A program made the translations under genes and the position numbers. This document shows, piece by piece, positions 14,042 to 23,753 of a DNA stretch of 64,000 nucleotides. This stretch comes from an uncultured Gammaproteobacteria bacterium (GTDB lineage: Bacteria; Pseudomonadota; Gammaproteobacteria; Steroidobacterales; Steroidobacteraceae), in the NCBI GenBank assembly GCA_963789365.1, contig CAWBKJ010000004.1, positions 448,005 through 512,004 on the forward strand. Direction: 5' to 3'. Position 1 is the stretch's first letter, and each line of letters opens with the position of its first letter. Under the pieces are notes generated by a model. The model was not told where the DNA came from and did no database searches. It saw only the letters and a list, made by a program, of their open reading frames with translations.

Positions 14042-15772
14042 ATGCTGCGCAACCTTCAGATCCGCGACCTCGCAATTATCGACGCCGTCGAGATCGAATT
14101 TGCCTCCGGCCTCACCGTGCTCACGGGCGAGACCGGTGCGGGCAAATCCATCCTGGTCGATGCCCTGGAACTGCTGGGCGGCGGCCGAGCCGGGGCCGAG
14201 GTGGTGCGCGCCGGCGCGGAACGGGCCGACCTCACCGCCAGCGTGGATATCTCGCGCGTGGGCGGGGAGTTGCGCCACGTGCTCGAAGAGCAATCAGTTC
14301 CACACGAGGCCGAACTGCTCCTGCGCCGCGTGATCGGGAGCGATGGCCGGAGTCGCGCCTGGATCAACGGTCAGAGCGTGCCGGTGACAGTGTTGCGCAG
14401 CGTCGGGGAACTGCTGTTCGACATCCACGGACAGCATGAATTCCAGTCCCTGATGCGCGGCGATTCGCAGCGCGAACTGTTGGATGAATTTGGCGAGCTC
14501 GAGCCCCAGGTCGGGCTGGTGCGCGCCACGCACGCCGCCTGGCTGGCCCTCATGAACCGCAGTGTGACGGCCGAGGCGGCCGCCAGCGATCGCCACGCCA
14601 GGCTCGATCTGCTGCGCTACCAGGTGCAAGAACTGGACGCGCTGCGCCTGGGAGAAGTTGAGGTCGCCGCACTGATTGAAGAGCGCACGCGCATGGGTCA
14701 TAGCGACAAACTCGCGCAGACCGCCCGCGCCACGCTTGAAGGCTTGTACGAGTCCGAGCACGGCAATGCCCACCAGCTGCTGGCCCGAGCGGCCGCGGCC
14801 CTGCGCACGGCCGCTGCCATGGACGCGCGGCTCGCCGCGCTCCAGCCTGGGGTCGATGAGGCGGTGACGCAGGTGCAGGAGGTCGCGCGTTCCCTCTCGC
14901 GCTACCTTGAGGCGCTGGAATTCGATCCGGCGCGCCAGGAAGTGATCGAGCGGCGGCTCGCCACCATCGAGGAACTGGCACGCAAACACCGCGTCGGGCC
15001 CGCCGACCTGTTCGCCTGGCACGGCGCGCTGCAACGAGAGCTCAGCGGCATGGAAAGCGGCGCTGCAGACCTGGGAACGCTCCGTGCGCAGGTCGCAAGC
15101 GCCATGGCTGCCTATCAGGAGCAGGCACGAAAGCTCAGCGTGGCGCGCGCCGGGGCGGCACGCGCACTGGGCAAGGCGGTTACCCGCCGCATGCAGGAAC
15201 TGGGCATGGCCGGTGGCGGTTTCGTCGTCGACCTCACGCCGCTGGAGAGCGCGGAACCGGCGACGCACGGCGCCGACCGGGTGGAATTCCGCGTCAGCAC
15301 CAACCCCGGACAGCCGCCGCGAGCGGTCGCCAAGATCGCTTCGGGCGGCGAGCTGGCGCGCCTGTCGCTGGCCGTGCAGGTCTGCTGCGCGCGGACCGCG
15401 GCACCGTGCATGGTGTTCGATGAGGTCGATGCGGGAATCGGCGGTGCCGTCGCCGAGATCGTGGGACGCGAGCTGCGCGGCCTGGGCACCGGTGGGCAGG
15501 CCCTGTGCGTGACTCACCTCGCGCAGGTTGCCTGCCAGGGTCATCAGCATTTGCGCGTCGCCAAGCTCAGCGACGGTCGCAGCACGCGCATCAGCGTCAC
15601 GGCGTTGACCGGTGATGCGCGCGTCGAGGAAATCGCGCGGATGCTCGGGGGACTGGAAATAACGGCACGCGCGCGCTCGCATGCGCTCGAGATGCTGGAG
15701 CGGGCCGCCAGCAGCACGCCAAGCCCGGCGCCGCTCATCGCCCCACGCCGGCGGCGCGGCACGCGCAGCTAG
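14042..15772 (+). CDS. recN: DNA repair protein RecN
   Basis: MLRNLQIRDLAIIDAVEIEF, Walker A GETGAGKS, a long coiled coil, and C-terminal GGELARLSLA / MVFDEVDAGIGG. The upstream in-frame extension of the ORF (from 13871) overlaps nadK and is not homologous. Confidence 0.93.
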   Translation: MLRNLQIRDLAIIDAVEIEFASGLTVLTGETGAGKSILVDALELLGGGRAGAEVVRAGAERADLTASVDISRVGGELRHVLEEQSVPHEAELLLRRVIGSDGRSRAWINGQSVPVTVLRSVGELLFDIHGQHEFQSLMRGDSQRELLDEFGELEPQVGLVRATHAAWLALMNRSVTAEAAASDRHARLDLLRYQVQELDALRLGEVEVAALIEERTRMGHSDKLAQTARATLEGLYESEHGNAHQLLARAAAALRTAAAMDARLAALQPGVDEAVTQVQEVARSLSRYLEALEFDPARQEVIERRLATIEELARKHRVGPADLFAWHGALQRELSGMESGAADLGTLRAQVASAMAAYQEQARKLSVARAGAARALGKAVTRRMQELGMAGGGFVVDLTPLESAEPATHGADRVEFRVSTNPGQPPRAVAKIASGGELARLSLAVQVCCARTAAPCMVFDEVDAGIGGAVAEIVGRELRGLGTGGQALCVTHLAQVACQGHQHLRVAKLSDGRSTRISVTALTGDARVEEIARMLGGLEITARARSHALEMLERAASSTPSPAPLIAPRRRRGTRS

Positions 15773-16212
15773 TTTCGCAGCGGCGCGGGGCCCTTGCGTC
15801 GCGGGCAGTTGATGCGCTCGCACCGTCCGTAGAGGATCAACGAGTGGGCGCTGATCGTGAATCCATGCGCCTTGGCAATCTCGTCCTGGCGTGATTCGAT
15901 CCCTGAATCGACGAACTCTTCCACGTGACCGCAGTCCATACAGACGATATGGTCGTGATGCGCGCCCTGATTGAGTTCGAAGACCGCCATACCATCTTCG
16001 AAATGATGACGCGTGACCAGACCCGCGGCCTCAAATTGCGTCAGCACCCGATACACGGTGGCGAGCCCGATATCCTCGGCCGAGCCGATCAGGCTCTTGT
16101 AGATCTCTTCTGCGGACATATGCCGCGTGGCGCTACGCTCGAGAATCTCCAGTATCTTCAGGCGCGGCAGCGTGACCTTGAGTCCCGCCTTGCGCAGATC
16201 TTTCCCTTCCAT
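15769..16212 (-). CDS. fur: ferric uptake regulator Fur
   Basis: 147 aa with LKVTLPRLKILEIL, the GLATVYRVLTQFEAAGLV HTH and the HHDHIVCMDCGHVEEF metal sites. Confidence 0.95.
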   Translation of the reverse strand: MEGKDLRKAGLKVTLPRLKILEILERSATRHMSAEEIYKSLIGSAEDIGLATVYRVLTQFEAAGLVTRHHFEDGMAVFELNQGAHHDHIVCMDCGHVEEFVDSGIESRQDEIAKAHGFTISAHSLILYGRCERINCPRRKGPAPLRN

Positions 16213-16229
16213 ACGAGTGCCTGAACGGT

Positions 16230-16748
16230 ATGATTGGAATCATGCAAATTACCACATCGGGCGTCCGTTCCACGCTGTCGGTTGCGATCTGCCTGCTGGC
16301 CATGGCGGGCTGCGTGTACGAGATGCCCATCCAGCAGGGCAATTTTATCGACGCCACGTCCCTGGTCCAAGTCAAAAAGGGCATGACCCGCGCGCAGGTG
16401 CGCTACCTGCTGGGCACACCCATGGTTCCCGGCGGTTTCGACAACGATCGCTGGGACTACGACTACTATTTGAAATTGCGCCAGCTCAAGGCGCCGCGCC
16501 GCGCCCGCGCGGCTGTCTATTTTAAAAACGACGTCGTGGATCACGTGGACAGCGACGTCATGCCGGTTTCCAGCGAAGCGGCCTCCGCACCCCCGCCCAG
16601 CGCGCCCCTGGGCCCGCCAACCGCCACGCCACCTGCAGCGCCGCAAGGCGATCAGAACCCGGCACCGGCCGGCCCCGCCCCGGCCGCGCCGCCAGGTTCC
16701 ACGACGGCCACCCCACCGACCGAAGCTGTCCCACCGCCGTCTCCCTAA
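16230..16748 (+). CDS. bamE: outer membrane assembly lipoprotein BamE (SmpA/OmlA) with Pro/Ala-rich C-terminal extension
   Basis: Lipobox LAMAGC is followed by the IQQGNFIDATSLVQVKKGMTRAQVRYLLGTP BamE core. About 60 extra residues are P/A/T-rich. The gene is divergent from fur, as in the Pseudomonas omlA-fur locus. Confidence 0.85.
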   Translation: MIGIMQITTSGVRSTLSVAICLLAMAGCVYEMPIQQGNFIDATSLVQVKKGMTRAQVRYLLGTPMVPGGFDNDRWDYDYYLKLRQLKAPRRARAAVYFKNDVVDHVDSDVMPVSSEAASAPPPSAPLGPPTATPPAAPQGDQNPAPAGPAPAAPPGSTTATPPTEAVPPPSP

Positions 16749-17077
16749 GTTTCGCGTGCCGCGCGCACCCGTTGGCGGCGCCGGTGGCGCGGATCGACGG
16801 TCAATGCCCGGTACAGCTCGATGCGGTCGCCATCGCGCGGCACGAACTCGCGCCCGCATCGAACGCCCCATACGCCGGTCATCGCGCCGTCCCAGTCGAT
16901 GCCGGCATCGATTCCGGTCGTCCGCAGCTCCCCTCGCGCCTGCTCCAGCGCCGCGGCCACCGTGGCATCGGCGGGCAGGCTGAGCGGACAGAGCATCGGC
17001 CCCTGCGGAGCGTCCAGGGCCAGCAAACAGTGCTTGCGCCCTGTCTCAGGCAAGGCTTTGCTGCGCCCGGCCCACAA
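16745..17077 (-). CDS. rnfH: RnfH family ubiquitin-like protein (UPF0125)
   Basis: LSLPADATVAAALEQ...GVWGVRCGREFVPRDGDRIELYRALTVDPRHRRRQRV parallels E. coli RnfH/YfjF ([21 protein letters not shown]). It lies downstream of ratA. The start is uncertain. Confidence 0.8.
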   Translation of the reverse strand: MWAGRSKALPETGRKHCLLALDAPQGPMLCPLSLPADATVAAALEQARGELRTTGIDAGIDWDGAMTGVWGVRCGREFVPRDGDRIELYRALTVDPRHRRRQRVRAARET

Positions 17078-17477
17078 AGGCCTGCACCATCGAGCTCGCC
17101 ACTCCCTCGATCAGCGGCTCGAGCAGCGCGGCCTTGAAGGGATTTGAGAACTCGAACTGCAGCTGCAGTTCGATTCGGCAACCGTTGCTGCCCACCGGGG
17201 TGAAGCTCCACACCCCATCCAAGGCGCGCAGCGGTCCGGCCACCAATTCCAGGCGGATCTCGCTGTGCGGCCGCGGCCGATTGCGGGTCGTAAGCTGGGT
17301 GCTCAACGGGCCGCGATGCACCCGAAGGCGTGCGACGATCTCGGTCTCCGAGTGCAACAGAATTTCGGCACTTGAGCAGCCGGGCACAAACTGCGGATAG
17401 CTCGCCACGTCGTTGACGAGTGCAAAGACCTGCGCCGGAGGGCGGGCGATCAAGGCCGAACGAGTCAGCGTTTTCAT
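17046..17477 (-). CDS. ratA: SRPBCC-family ribosome association toxin RatA / ubiquinone-binding (YfjG-like)
   Basis: [35 protein letters not shown] aligns with E. coli RatA (ISRTALVPYSAEQMYQLVNDVQSYPQFLPGC). It is divergent from smpB, as in E. coli. Confidence 0.88.
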   Translation of the reverse strand: MKTLTRSALIARPPAQVFALVNDVASYPQFVPGCSSAEILLHSETEIVARLRVHRGPLSTQLTTRNRPRPHSEIRLELVAGPLRALDGVWSFTPVGSNGCRIELQLQFEFSNPFKAALLEPLIEGVASSMVQAFVGRAQQSLA

Positions 17478-17536
17478 AGCGCGCAGTCTGGAGTATCGCG
17501 CCAGCCGACTCAACATCACCCCGGTACAATGCCCGC

Positions 17537-18004
17537 ATGGCGAAACCGGAAACACCCTCGAGGCTGATCGCCGAAAACCGCCGCGCGCGATTCGACTATT
17601 TCATCGAGGAGAGGCTGGAGGCGGGACTCGCTCTGGAGGGCTGGGAAGTCAAGGCCATGCGCGCCGGTCGTGCGCAACTGGCCGAAGCGTACGTCTATAT
17701 ACGCAACACCGAGGCTTTTCTGATCGGCGCCCACATTGCCCCGCTCAACACCGCATCGACCCATAAAATTACCGATCCGGTGCGCACCCGCAAGCTTTTG
17801 CTCAATCGCAGCGAGCTCGATCGCCTGGTCGGTGCCGTCGAAAGGCGCGGCTTCACCCTGGTACCGCTCGAACTGTACTGGAAGCAAGGTCGTGCCAAAC
17901 TGCAGCTCGGGCTCGCCAAAGGCAAGAAACAGCACGACAAGCGCGCGACTGAAAAGGACCGCGACTGGGTGCGCGACAAGGCGCGATTGCTGAGGCGCGG
18001 TTAG
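17537..18004 (+). CDS. smpB: SsrA-binding protein SmpB
   Basis: 155 aa with [15 protein letters not shown]...[10 protein letters not shown]...KGKKQHDKR. It lies immediately upstream of tmRNA. Confidence 0.96.
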   Translation: MAKPETPSRLIAENRRARFDYFIEERLEAGLALEGWEVKAMRAGRAQLAEAYVYIRNTEAFLIGAHIAPLNTASTHKITDPVRTRKLLLNRSELDRLVGAVERRGFTLVPLELYWKQGRAKLQLGLAKGKKQHDKRATEKDRDWVRDKARLLRRG

Positions 18005-18020
18005 CGAGCTTCGGGGCTCC

Positions 18021-18051
18021 TGGACCGCGAACCTGCAGAGGGTGGTATAAT
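18021..18051 (+). promoter_or_regulatory. candidate sigma70 promoter of ssrA (extended -10)
   Basis: TGgTATAAT at 18043-18051 has tggacc 17 nt upstream. It lies 17 nt before the mature tmRNA 5' end. Confidence 0.5.
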
Positions 18052-18067
18052 TGCTGGGTTTCCCGAA

Positions 18068-18421
18068 GGGCGCGACCGGTTTCGACGTGGGTTACGAACC
18101 TTCAGGGGCGTGCCGAGGCGCAGTGGCCCTCGTTAATAACTGCTGCAAAACTTAGTTGCCAACGACGACAACTACGCTCTAGCCGCCTAAACACGGCTGA
18201 CCTCAGGATAGTTCGTGCCTATGCGGCTACACCTGGGGACGCGCTCATAGGATCGCGGTTCACCGTGCGACGGGGTGACACCGTTAAGAGACACCGTGGC
18301 TGGTCTGGCGTCTTCCCTGCTGCTCGGGTAGCGTCAGATGAGAAAAAAAGAGTCAGCTACGCGCGTAGATCCTGAAGTCTAGGGCTTGCGGACGGGGGTT
18401 CGATTCCCCCCGCGTCCACCA
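18068..18421 (+). ncRNA. ssrA: tmRNA (SsrA), tag peptide ANDDNYALAA
   Basis: The 5' GGGCGCG pairs with 3' CGCGUCC-ACCA, including the G3:U alanine identity pair. T-arm is GGGGG-TTCGATT-CCCCC. The tag reading frame gcc aac gac gac aac tac gct cta gcc gcc taa lies at 18158-18190. The 5' part parallels E. coli ssrA (…UUCGACG…GCCGAGG…CCUCGUUAA). Confidence 0.95.
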
Positions 18422-18428
18422 AGTAAGA

Positions 18429-18460
18429 GTCCAGCGAGAGCCGCTTACGCCTCGCTGGAC
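18429..18460 (+). terminator. stem-loop just 3' of ssrA (possible terminator/processing hairpin)
   Basis: A perfect 10-bp stem, gtccagcgag / ctcgctggac, encloses a 12-nt loop. No U tract follows, so function is uncertain. Confidence 0.35.
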
Positions 18461-18651
18461 AACATCAATGCCCCGCGAAGTCACCATATTTGCCGCGTTT
18501 TAAGCTGGTTTTCGCCCATCAAGTAATTGTCGGCGAACTCCATAGCGGTTAGCGGCGTGTGTGGCCACGGTTGGCCGGCCGCGAGTGAGACTATTGTGCC
18601 ATGCCAATTGTTCTTAAAAGCCGCCGCCGACTTCGTTGGGGCCCCGCTCCA

Positions 18652-20490
18652 CTACTCCACCAGCTTCACCCTGCGCAGAAACGCATCGAAGCGCGGATCG
18701 CTATGCAGGTTGCGGATCAATGGATCGACTCTTATATCTTCTAGGGAGCCTTTATTTTTCTGATAGGCACGGTCCAGCCATCTAAACGCGTCGTCCGCTT
18801 CACCGCGATATGCGTGAACTGAGGCGATCAGGTACTGATCGCGGTCCGAAAATCCTCGCTCGAGTTCAACAAGTACCGAATCAGATTCGGCCCGTCGATC
18901 CATGGACCAGTAAATGCACGACAGAGCTGCATACCTAAACGCGTCGTCCGATTCCATCCCCGCTGCCGCGAGAGCTTCGGACTTTTTCCCCTGAATCAAC
19001 AGCGCCACTGCATACATTGCCTGTGCAGTAGCGTAAGTCGGGTTCAGCTCTAGCAACTTACGAAAATCCGCGACAGATGCGTCCAGATTTCCTACCGTTT
19101 GTTGATACCAGGCCAAGTCGCCCAATACGTCAGTATCCAGAGGATTCCGGTCAGTCTCGCGATGCAGCCAATCTATATAGTCGCCAACTTGGCCGCTCAT
19201 TGCTCCTTTTAGAAGGAGCATCGTACCTTCTGCGCGGTGACCTACTTCACCGTTAGGATCTAGCGCTACCGCCCGTTCGTAATCGGATTTCGCCGCCTTC
19301 CAATCACCTACAACTTGTCGGAGAACATTGCCACGGGCGTAATAGGCTCCGGCAAACTCTGGATCGATTGACAATGCGCGGTTAGCGGCCTCTCGGCCCT
19401 TTGTTTCTGCTGTAATAGGGTCTAGGTCGCCCCAGTATCCTTGGCGCGCGTATACACGCGCCAATCGTGCCCACGCGACCGCGTAACGGGGATCAACCTT
19501 GAGCGCCTGCTCGAATCGTTCAATCGCCTTAACGTAATCGCCCTTCTGCCCGCGATAGTAGAAATAATTCCCCTGCAGTGCCAAGTTGTATGCGGCAATG
19601 TTTGTTGCTTCATTAGAGGCGGGCCGCGCGTCATTAGCAGTAGTCGCGCTCAGCGCGACGTTTAGCGCTTTCGCGACCGTCGTCGAAATCTCATCCTGCA
19701 CTTTAAAAATATCAGTGAGCTTTCGATCATAACTCTCGGACCACCGATGCACGCCATCGGAAGCTCTGATCAACTGCGCCGTGATTCGAAGCTCCCCTCC
19801 AGCCTTACGAACACTGCCTTCCAGAAGATTTGCCACCCGAAGCTTGGCCGCGATCGAGGTCATGTCTTCGTTTTTACCCTTGAAAGCGAATGATGATGTC
19901 CGCGCAATGACCTTCAGATCCGGGTTATGCGCAAGATGGTCAATCAGTTCCTCGGACAATCCGTCGGAGAAATATTCTTGATCGTGCTTCTCACTCATAT
20001 CCACGAACGGCAAGACTGCAATCGACTTATCGCTAATTGGTACGGCGGGCGCAGCAGCAACCGGATGCACTGTAGCCGCCGTCCCTGCAACTTGTGGCGG
20101 CACGGAACCTTGAGGCGCGCGAGCAAAATGCCATAGCACGGCGGCCGCCGCGACGAGCAGCAAGCTGATGATCGTCAATTCTGACCCGCTCACCCTGCGT
20201 AGCGCCCGATGCCCGTGATACCAGGCCAGGGTCACGACTACCGGCAATCCGACGATGAGCAGAACGGTTACGACGCGCAGCACCTGGTGCGGCCAGTCGA
20301 ACGCGTCGCTGACGATCTTGGTCCCGTCCAACAGAGCATAGGCGGCCGCCGCGTAGGCGAGAGTCCATTGGGCAATCTTATGGTCTTTTATGCGCGCCCA
20401 CACATTTGCCGACGGCGCAGGAAAGGCCGGCACGGCTGACTGATCAAGTCCCGCTTCCGTGCTACTCGAATCGGTCGATTCGTTCTCCAC
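18652..20490 (-). CDS. membrane-anchored TolB-N-like / tetratricopeptide repeat protein
   Basis: 612 aa. Two predicted TM helices are followed by SIAVLPFVDMSEKHDQEYFSDGLSEELIDHL...VIARTSSFAFKGK...LLEGSVRKAGGELRITAQLI, a TolB-N-like module common in TPR/cyclase-type regulators. Multiple TPR-like repeats follow. Confidence 0.75.
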   Translation of the reverse strand: MENESTDSSSTEAGLDQSAVPAFPAPSANVWARIKDHKIAQWTLAYAAAAYALLDGTKIVSDAFDWPHQVLRVVTVLLIVGLPVVVTLAWYHGHRALRRVSGSELTIISLLLVAAAAVLWHFARAPQGSVPPQVAGTAATVHPVAAAPAVPISDKSIAVLPFVDMSEKHDQEYFSDGLSEELIDHLAHNPDLKVIARTSSFAFKGKNEDMTSIAAKLRVANLLEGSVRKAGGELRITAQLIRASDGVHRWSESYDRKLTDIFKVQDEISTTVAKALNVALSATTANDARPASNEATNIAAYNLALQGNYFYYRGQKGDYVKAIERFEQALKVDPRYAVAWARLARVYARQGYWGDLDPITAETKGREAANRALSIDPEFAGAYYARGNVLRQVVGDWKAAKSDYERAVALDPNGEVGHRAEGTMLLLKGAMSGQVGDYIDWLHRETDRNPLDTDVLGDLAWYQQTVGNLDASVADFRKLLELNPTYATAQAMYAVALLIQGKKSEALAAAGMESDDAFRYAALSCIYWSMDRRAESDSVLVELERGFSDRDQYLIASVHAYRGEADDAFRWLDRAYQKNKGSLEDIRVDPLIRNLHSDPRFDAFLRRVKLVE

Positions 20491-20569
20491 TATGTTGCGA
20501 ATGCTCCACGCAATGGACTGGCCGCGCGACAGCAGGAGAACCTCGCCGCGCGCCGCCCATTGTGCGTTG

Positions 20570-21019
20570 TTACGATTTCAGCGCTGTGTCTACCGCCGCG
20601 ACGCACTGTAACTTGCCATCGTGCATCTTCACCCACGTGTCTGTTATGCGCAGGCGCAAGTCCATTGGCTTACCGTCGGGACCGGTGCCTTTAGCGATGA
20701 ATACATAGGTTGCGATGGCGGTCGCTCCGTGCACACGCACAATGACGTCGTCTGTGGCAGCGTGGGTATATTTGGTCGCCTTTTCCTGCGCAAGAAACGT
20801 TGCTTTATCCAGGACCTTCCCTTGGGGGTCAATGGAGATAAAATTGTCCGCCACCAAGGTTGCTTCAAGCGCTGCATCATTTGTGTTATTAGCCTTTACC
20901 CACTGCTGCTCCATGGCTTCGACGGCCTTCTCGGTCTCATCCATTGCCGCTTGCAGTTGCATCGACGCGGCAGACCCCACTAACAATCCCATCAAACCCA
21001 CGGTGATTGCTCGTTTCAC
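20570..21019 (-). CDS. exported NTF2-like (SnoaL/DUF4440 family) protein
   Basis: 149 aa with a signal peptide (MKRAITVGLMGLLVGSAASMQLQA), then AMEQQWVKANNTNDAALEATLVADNFISIDPQG...ITDTWVKMHDGKLQCVA, the typical DUF4440 pattern. GTG start with GGGGA RBS. Confidence 0.65.
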   Translation of the reverse strand: MKRAITVGLMGLLVGSAASMQLQAAMDETEKAVEAMEQQWVKANNTNDAALEATLVADNFISIDPQGKVLDKATFLAQEKATKYTHAATDDVIVRVHGATAIATYVFIAKGTGPDGKPMDLRLRITDTWVKMHDGKLQCVAAVDTALKS

Positions 21020-21749
21020 GAATTTCCCCTTATTATTTTACTGGTCGTGATATTAACGACTGTCGTACCCAACACGTATAGTCCTACGCCCCTTGGTTTG
21101 GCAAGTTTCCTTCACCTGAGCCTTCCAAGAATTTATGGCTCGTTCGAGACCTATGTGATGGGTCAGCCGCAGTGAGATTGACCATTCGGCGTTCCGAGCC
21201 TCTGGCGATAAATGCAAAGGGTTAGGCGCCGTCGTTCTCAGGCTGTCAACGCTCTGCTGCCCACAGTACCAACGCCGCCTGCATTGCGGCTCTCAAATCC
21301 ATACCAGCAGGCAGAACGTCGCACGAGATGAGATGCCGGTGCAGGTCAGCCACTGCGGGCGACGAGTATCAGCTAGGGGGCCGCAGCGGTGGCGCTTCAT
21401 ATTCTTCGCATGCCCGCGGACCACGTGCTGGCGGTTTATACACCGCCGTCAGCCCCATGGGCAAGGCGTCATCGCTCCAAGTATTGCTTGGCCCACGCTT
21501 CCACCGATTGCGCATCCAGCGCCCTCGCCTGCCTGCGGCGGTCCGGCAGGCCCAACCGCGCTGGAGCGTTTAGTGCCTCTCGCCTCAGGGACCGCAGGGC
21601 ATTAACAATGACCGAGGCCACTTCGCTGTTGATCGTGGCGTTTGTTCCACGGCCTCCGGCGGGGTTTCCTGAATGCGGGCACACGGCTGCCCTTGCTAAT
21701 AAGTTCGCCGAATTTGATGGGGCGCCACTCGTTACATCTGCATGATTGG

Positions 21750-23753
21750 CTAGGGTCTCGTAATGCTCACCAGTGCCGAGGGTCCGCTCATATATCCTGC
21801 GGAGTCGTAGGCCTTCACGCCATAGGTGTACTTCACCCCGGAGCGTGCGCTGGTATCTATCCACGTGGTCGCGCTCGTGCTGGCCACCTTGGCGCCAAGG
21901 GTTCCCTTGGTAGAGCGGTATATCGCGTAACCGGCGAAACCCACAATGTCGGCCGATGCACTCCAGGTCAGTTGCGGGCGATTATTGGCGAGAACGGCCG
22001 TGACGTCGGCCGGCGCCCGATAGACGACGATACTGTTCGGTGAAGAGGCCGCGCTTACATTGCCCGCGACATCATAGGCCCCCAGCGCGTAGGTATAAGT
22101 GGAACCTGGCGCGGCTGATGTGTCGACCCAGGGCCCGGCGAGAGAGCGCCCCACTTCGGTACCCAATGTTCCGTCTGTCGAGCGATACACGATGTAGCCG
22201 GCGACGCCGATATTGTCCGTGGATGGGCTCCACGACAGTGACGGCTTCCCGTTGGGCATCGAGAATGCGAACCCGGTCGGCTGCGAGGGCGACGCGCTGT
22301 CGCTCTGAATATTGATCTTGACGATCTTGCCAACTGATGGCACGCCCTGATCGTCGATCGCGAACAACAGGTAGTACCCGGGAGGCGCGTCGCTCGCTCG
22401 GGTGGGCGCGAGTACAGACAAGGTGCCGCCCGTAGCCGTGAAGGGCAGCTCCAGAAATCGTTGATCCATGTTGAAGCTGTGTGTGACTGCGCCGGTCTTG
22501 ACGATAGTCACCCGACTTACAGTCGATGCGGTGACGTTCATGGTGAAACTCTGTCCGATATCCAGAGTGTCGGGGGCCAAGTCTATGCTGGGACGTGCTG
22601 CGAATGCACCCGCCGACGTATAGAGGTAGGGCGGGTAATAGATCTCAGCATTGAGATTCGTAAGCGGGCCCGGGTGACCGCCCCCTCCGACGAGAACCGA
22701 GGCGTCCGGCAGTAGCAGAGCGAAGGAATGATACAGGCGCGCGGTGGCGCTGCTTGCCCCCACAACCCAGGTTCCCGTGGTGGGGTCCCAGATCTCGGCC
22801 GAGTTATTCACTCCAGTCAGCGTGTTAGCTACTGCGCTGCCACCGGTCGCCAATACCCGGCCGTCGGCCAATACGGTTCCGTTCACCCATTGGCGGACGC
22901 TCGACAGGTTGCCGGTGAGATGCCAGCTCGGCGTCATGGAAGTTAAATCGATGACCAGGGCGCCGTTCCATTTGCCGCCGAACTGAAGGATCTTGCCGGG
23001 CTGATACATTACAGCGCTGGCGGTTAAGGCGGTGTAGGTAGGCGATAACTTCCCCATTGCCACCACTGACCCCAATCCACTGGTGGCCACGTAGTACATG
23101 GTGCCGCGGTTGTCAAAGCCGAAAACCCGGCCATCGGGGGCGACAAAATCACGGGGGTAATCCCAAAAGTAGCCAGTCGTGGGCGCGCCGGTCAACAGGC
23201 GGAAATTGCCGCTCGTATCCCGAACCTCGGGAAAGTCCGCGCCGCCCTTACCGCCTTGGATGTATATCTCGCCGTTGACCAACGATGTGGCGGTGGAGTA
23301 CCAGCGCGCCCGGTTCAGGTCGTTACCGCGGGTCAGTGTATTGTTGGTGTAATCGAATAGATTAGTGGCATTGGTACCTGTGTAGTTGGGCGCGTTCAAA
23401 AGCTTTCCGCCGGCCAGAAAGATGCTGCCGCTCTGAGGGAGCACGACTTGGGCACCGCAAAAAATGTCCGTCTGGGTTTGATTGGGCAGCGTGATATGTC
23501 CGCCAACGAGGCCAGACTCCGGATCCCATACATCGTATATGAGGTTGCCCCCGCCCTTGTTGCCATAGGTAACCACGCGACCGTCGGGCGTGAGCGTGGC
23601 GTGAATCGGGATCAGCGGCCAGTTGTTGCCGGAGGGTGATTGCCAACCGCCTACCCCGTTGTCCGCAGATGCAATGGCGCTTGCGCCCAGCATCGTCCAT
23701 GACGCAAACAGGCCGGCGGTTCGTCGTATACGCGATAGCTTCAATGATTTCAT
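21750..23753 (-). CDS. secreted glyoxal/galactose-oxidase-like (kelch propeller + DUF1929) protein with two C-terminal fibronectin type III domains
   Basis: Signal peptide MKSLKLSRIRRTAGLFASWTMLGASAIASA, a propeller with RLYHSFALLLPDASVLVGGGG, and the DUF1929 pattern THSFNMDQRFLEL...APPGYYLLFAIDDQGVPS. Two ~90-aa repeats follow (LSWSPSTDNIGVAGYIVYRS... / LTWSASADIVGFAGYAIYRS...). The ORF extends to 23876; the start was chosen at the ATG with a GGGGG RBS. Confidence 0.8.
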   Translation of the reverse strand: MKSLKLSRIRRTAGLFASWTMLGASAIASADNGVGGWQSPSGNNWPLIPIHATLTPDGRVVTYGNKGGGNLIYDVWDPESGLVGGHITLPNQTQTDIFCGAQVVLPQSGSIFLAGGKLLNAPNYTGTNATNLFDYTNNTLTRGNDLNRARWYSTATSLVNGEIYIQGGKGGADFPEVRDTSGNFRLLTGAPTTGYFWDYPRDFVAPDGRVFGFDNRGTMYYVATSGLGSVVAMGKLSPTYTALTASAVMYQPGKILQFGGKWNGALVIDLTSMTPSWHLTGNLSSVRQWVNGTVLADGRVLATGGSAVANTLTGVNNSAEIWDPTTGTWVVGASSATARLYHSFALLLPDASVLVGGGGHPGPLTNLNAEIYYPPYLYTSAGAFAARPSIDLAPDTLDIGQSFTMNVTASTVSRVTIVKTGAVTHSFNMDQRFLELPFTATGGTLSVLAPTRASDAPPGYYLLFAIDDQGVPSVGKIVKINIQSDSASPSQPTGFAFSMPNGKPSLSWSPSTDNIGVAGYIVYRSTDGTLGTEVGRSLAGPWVDTSAAPGSTYTYALGAYDVAGNVSAASSPNSIVVYRAPADVTAVLANNRPQLTWSASADIVGFAGYAIYRSTKGTLGAKVASTSATTWIDTSARSGVKYTYGVKAYDSAGYMSGPSALVSITRP

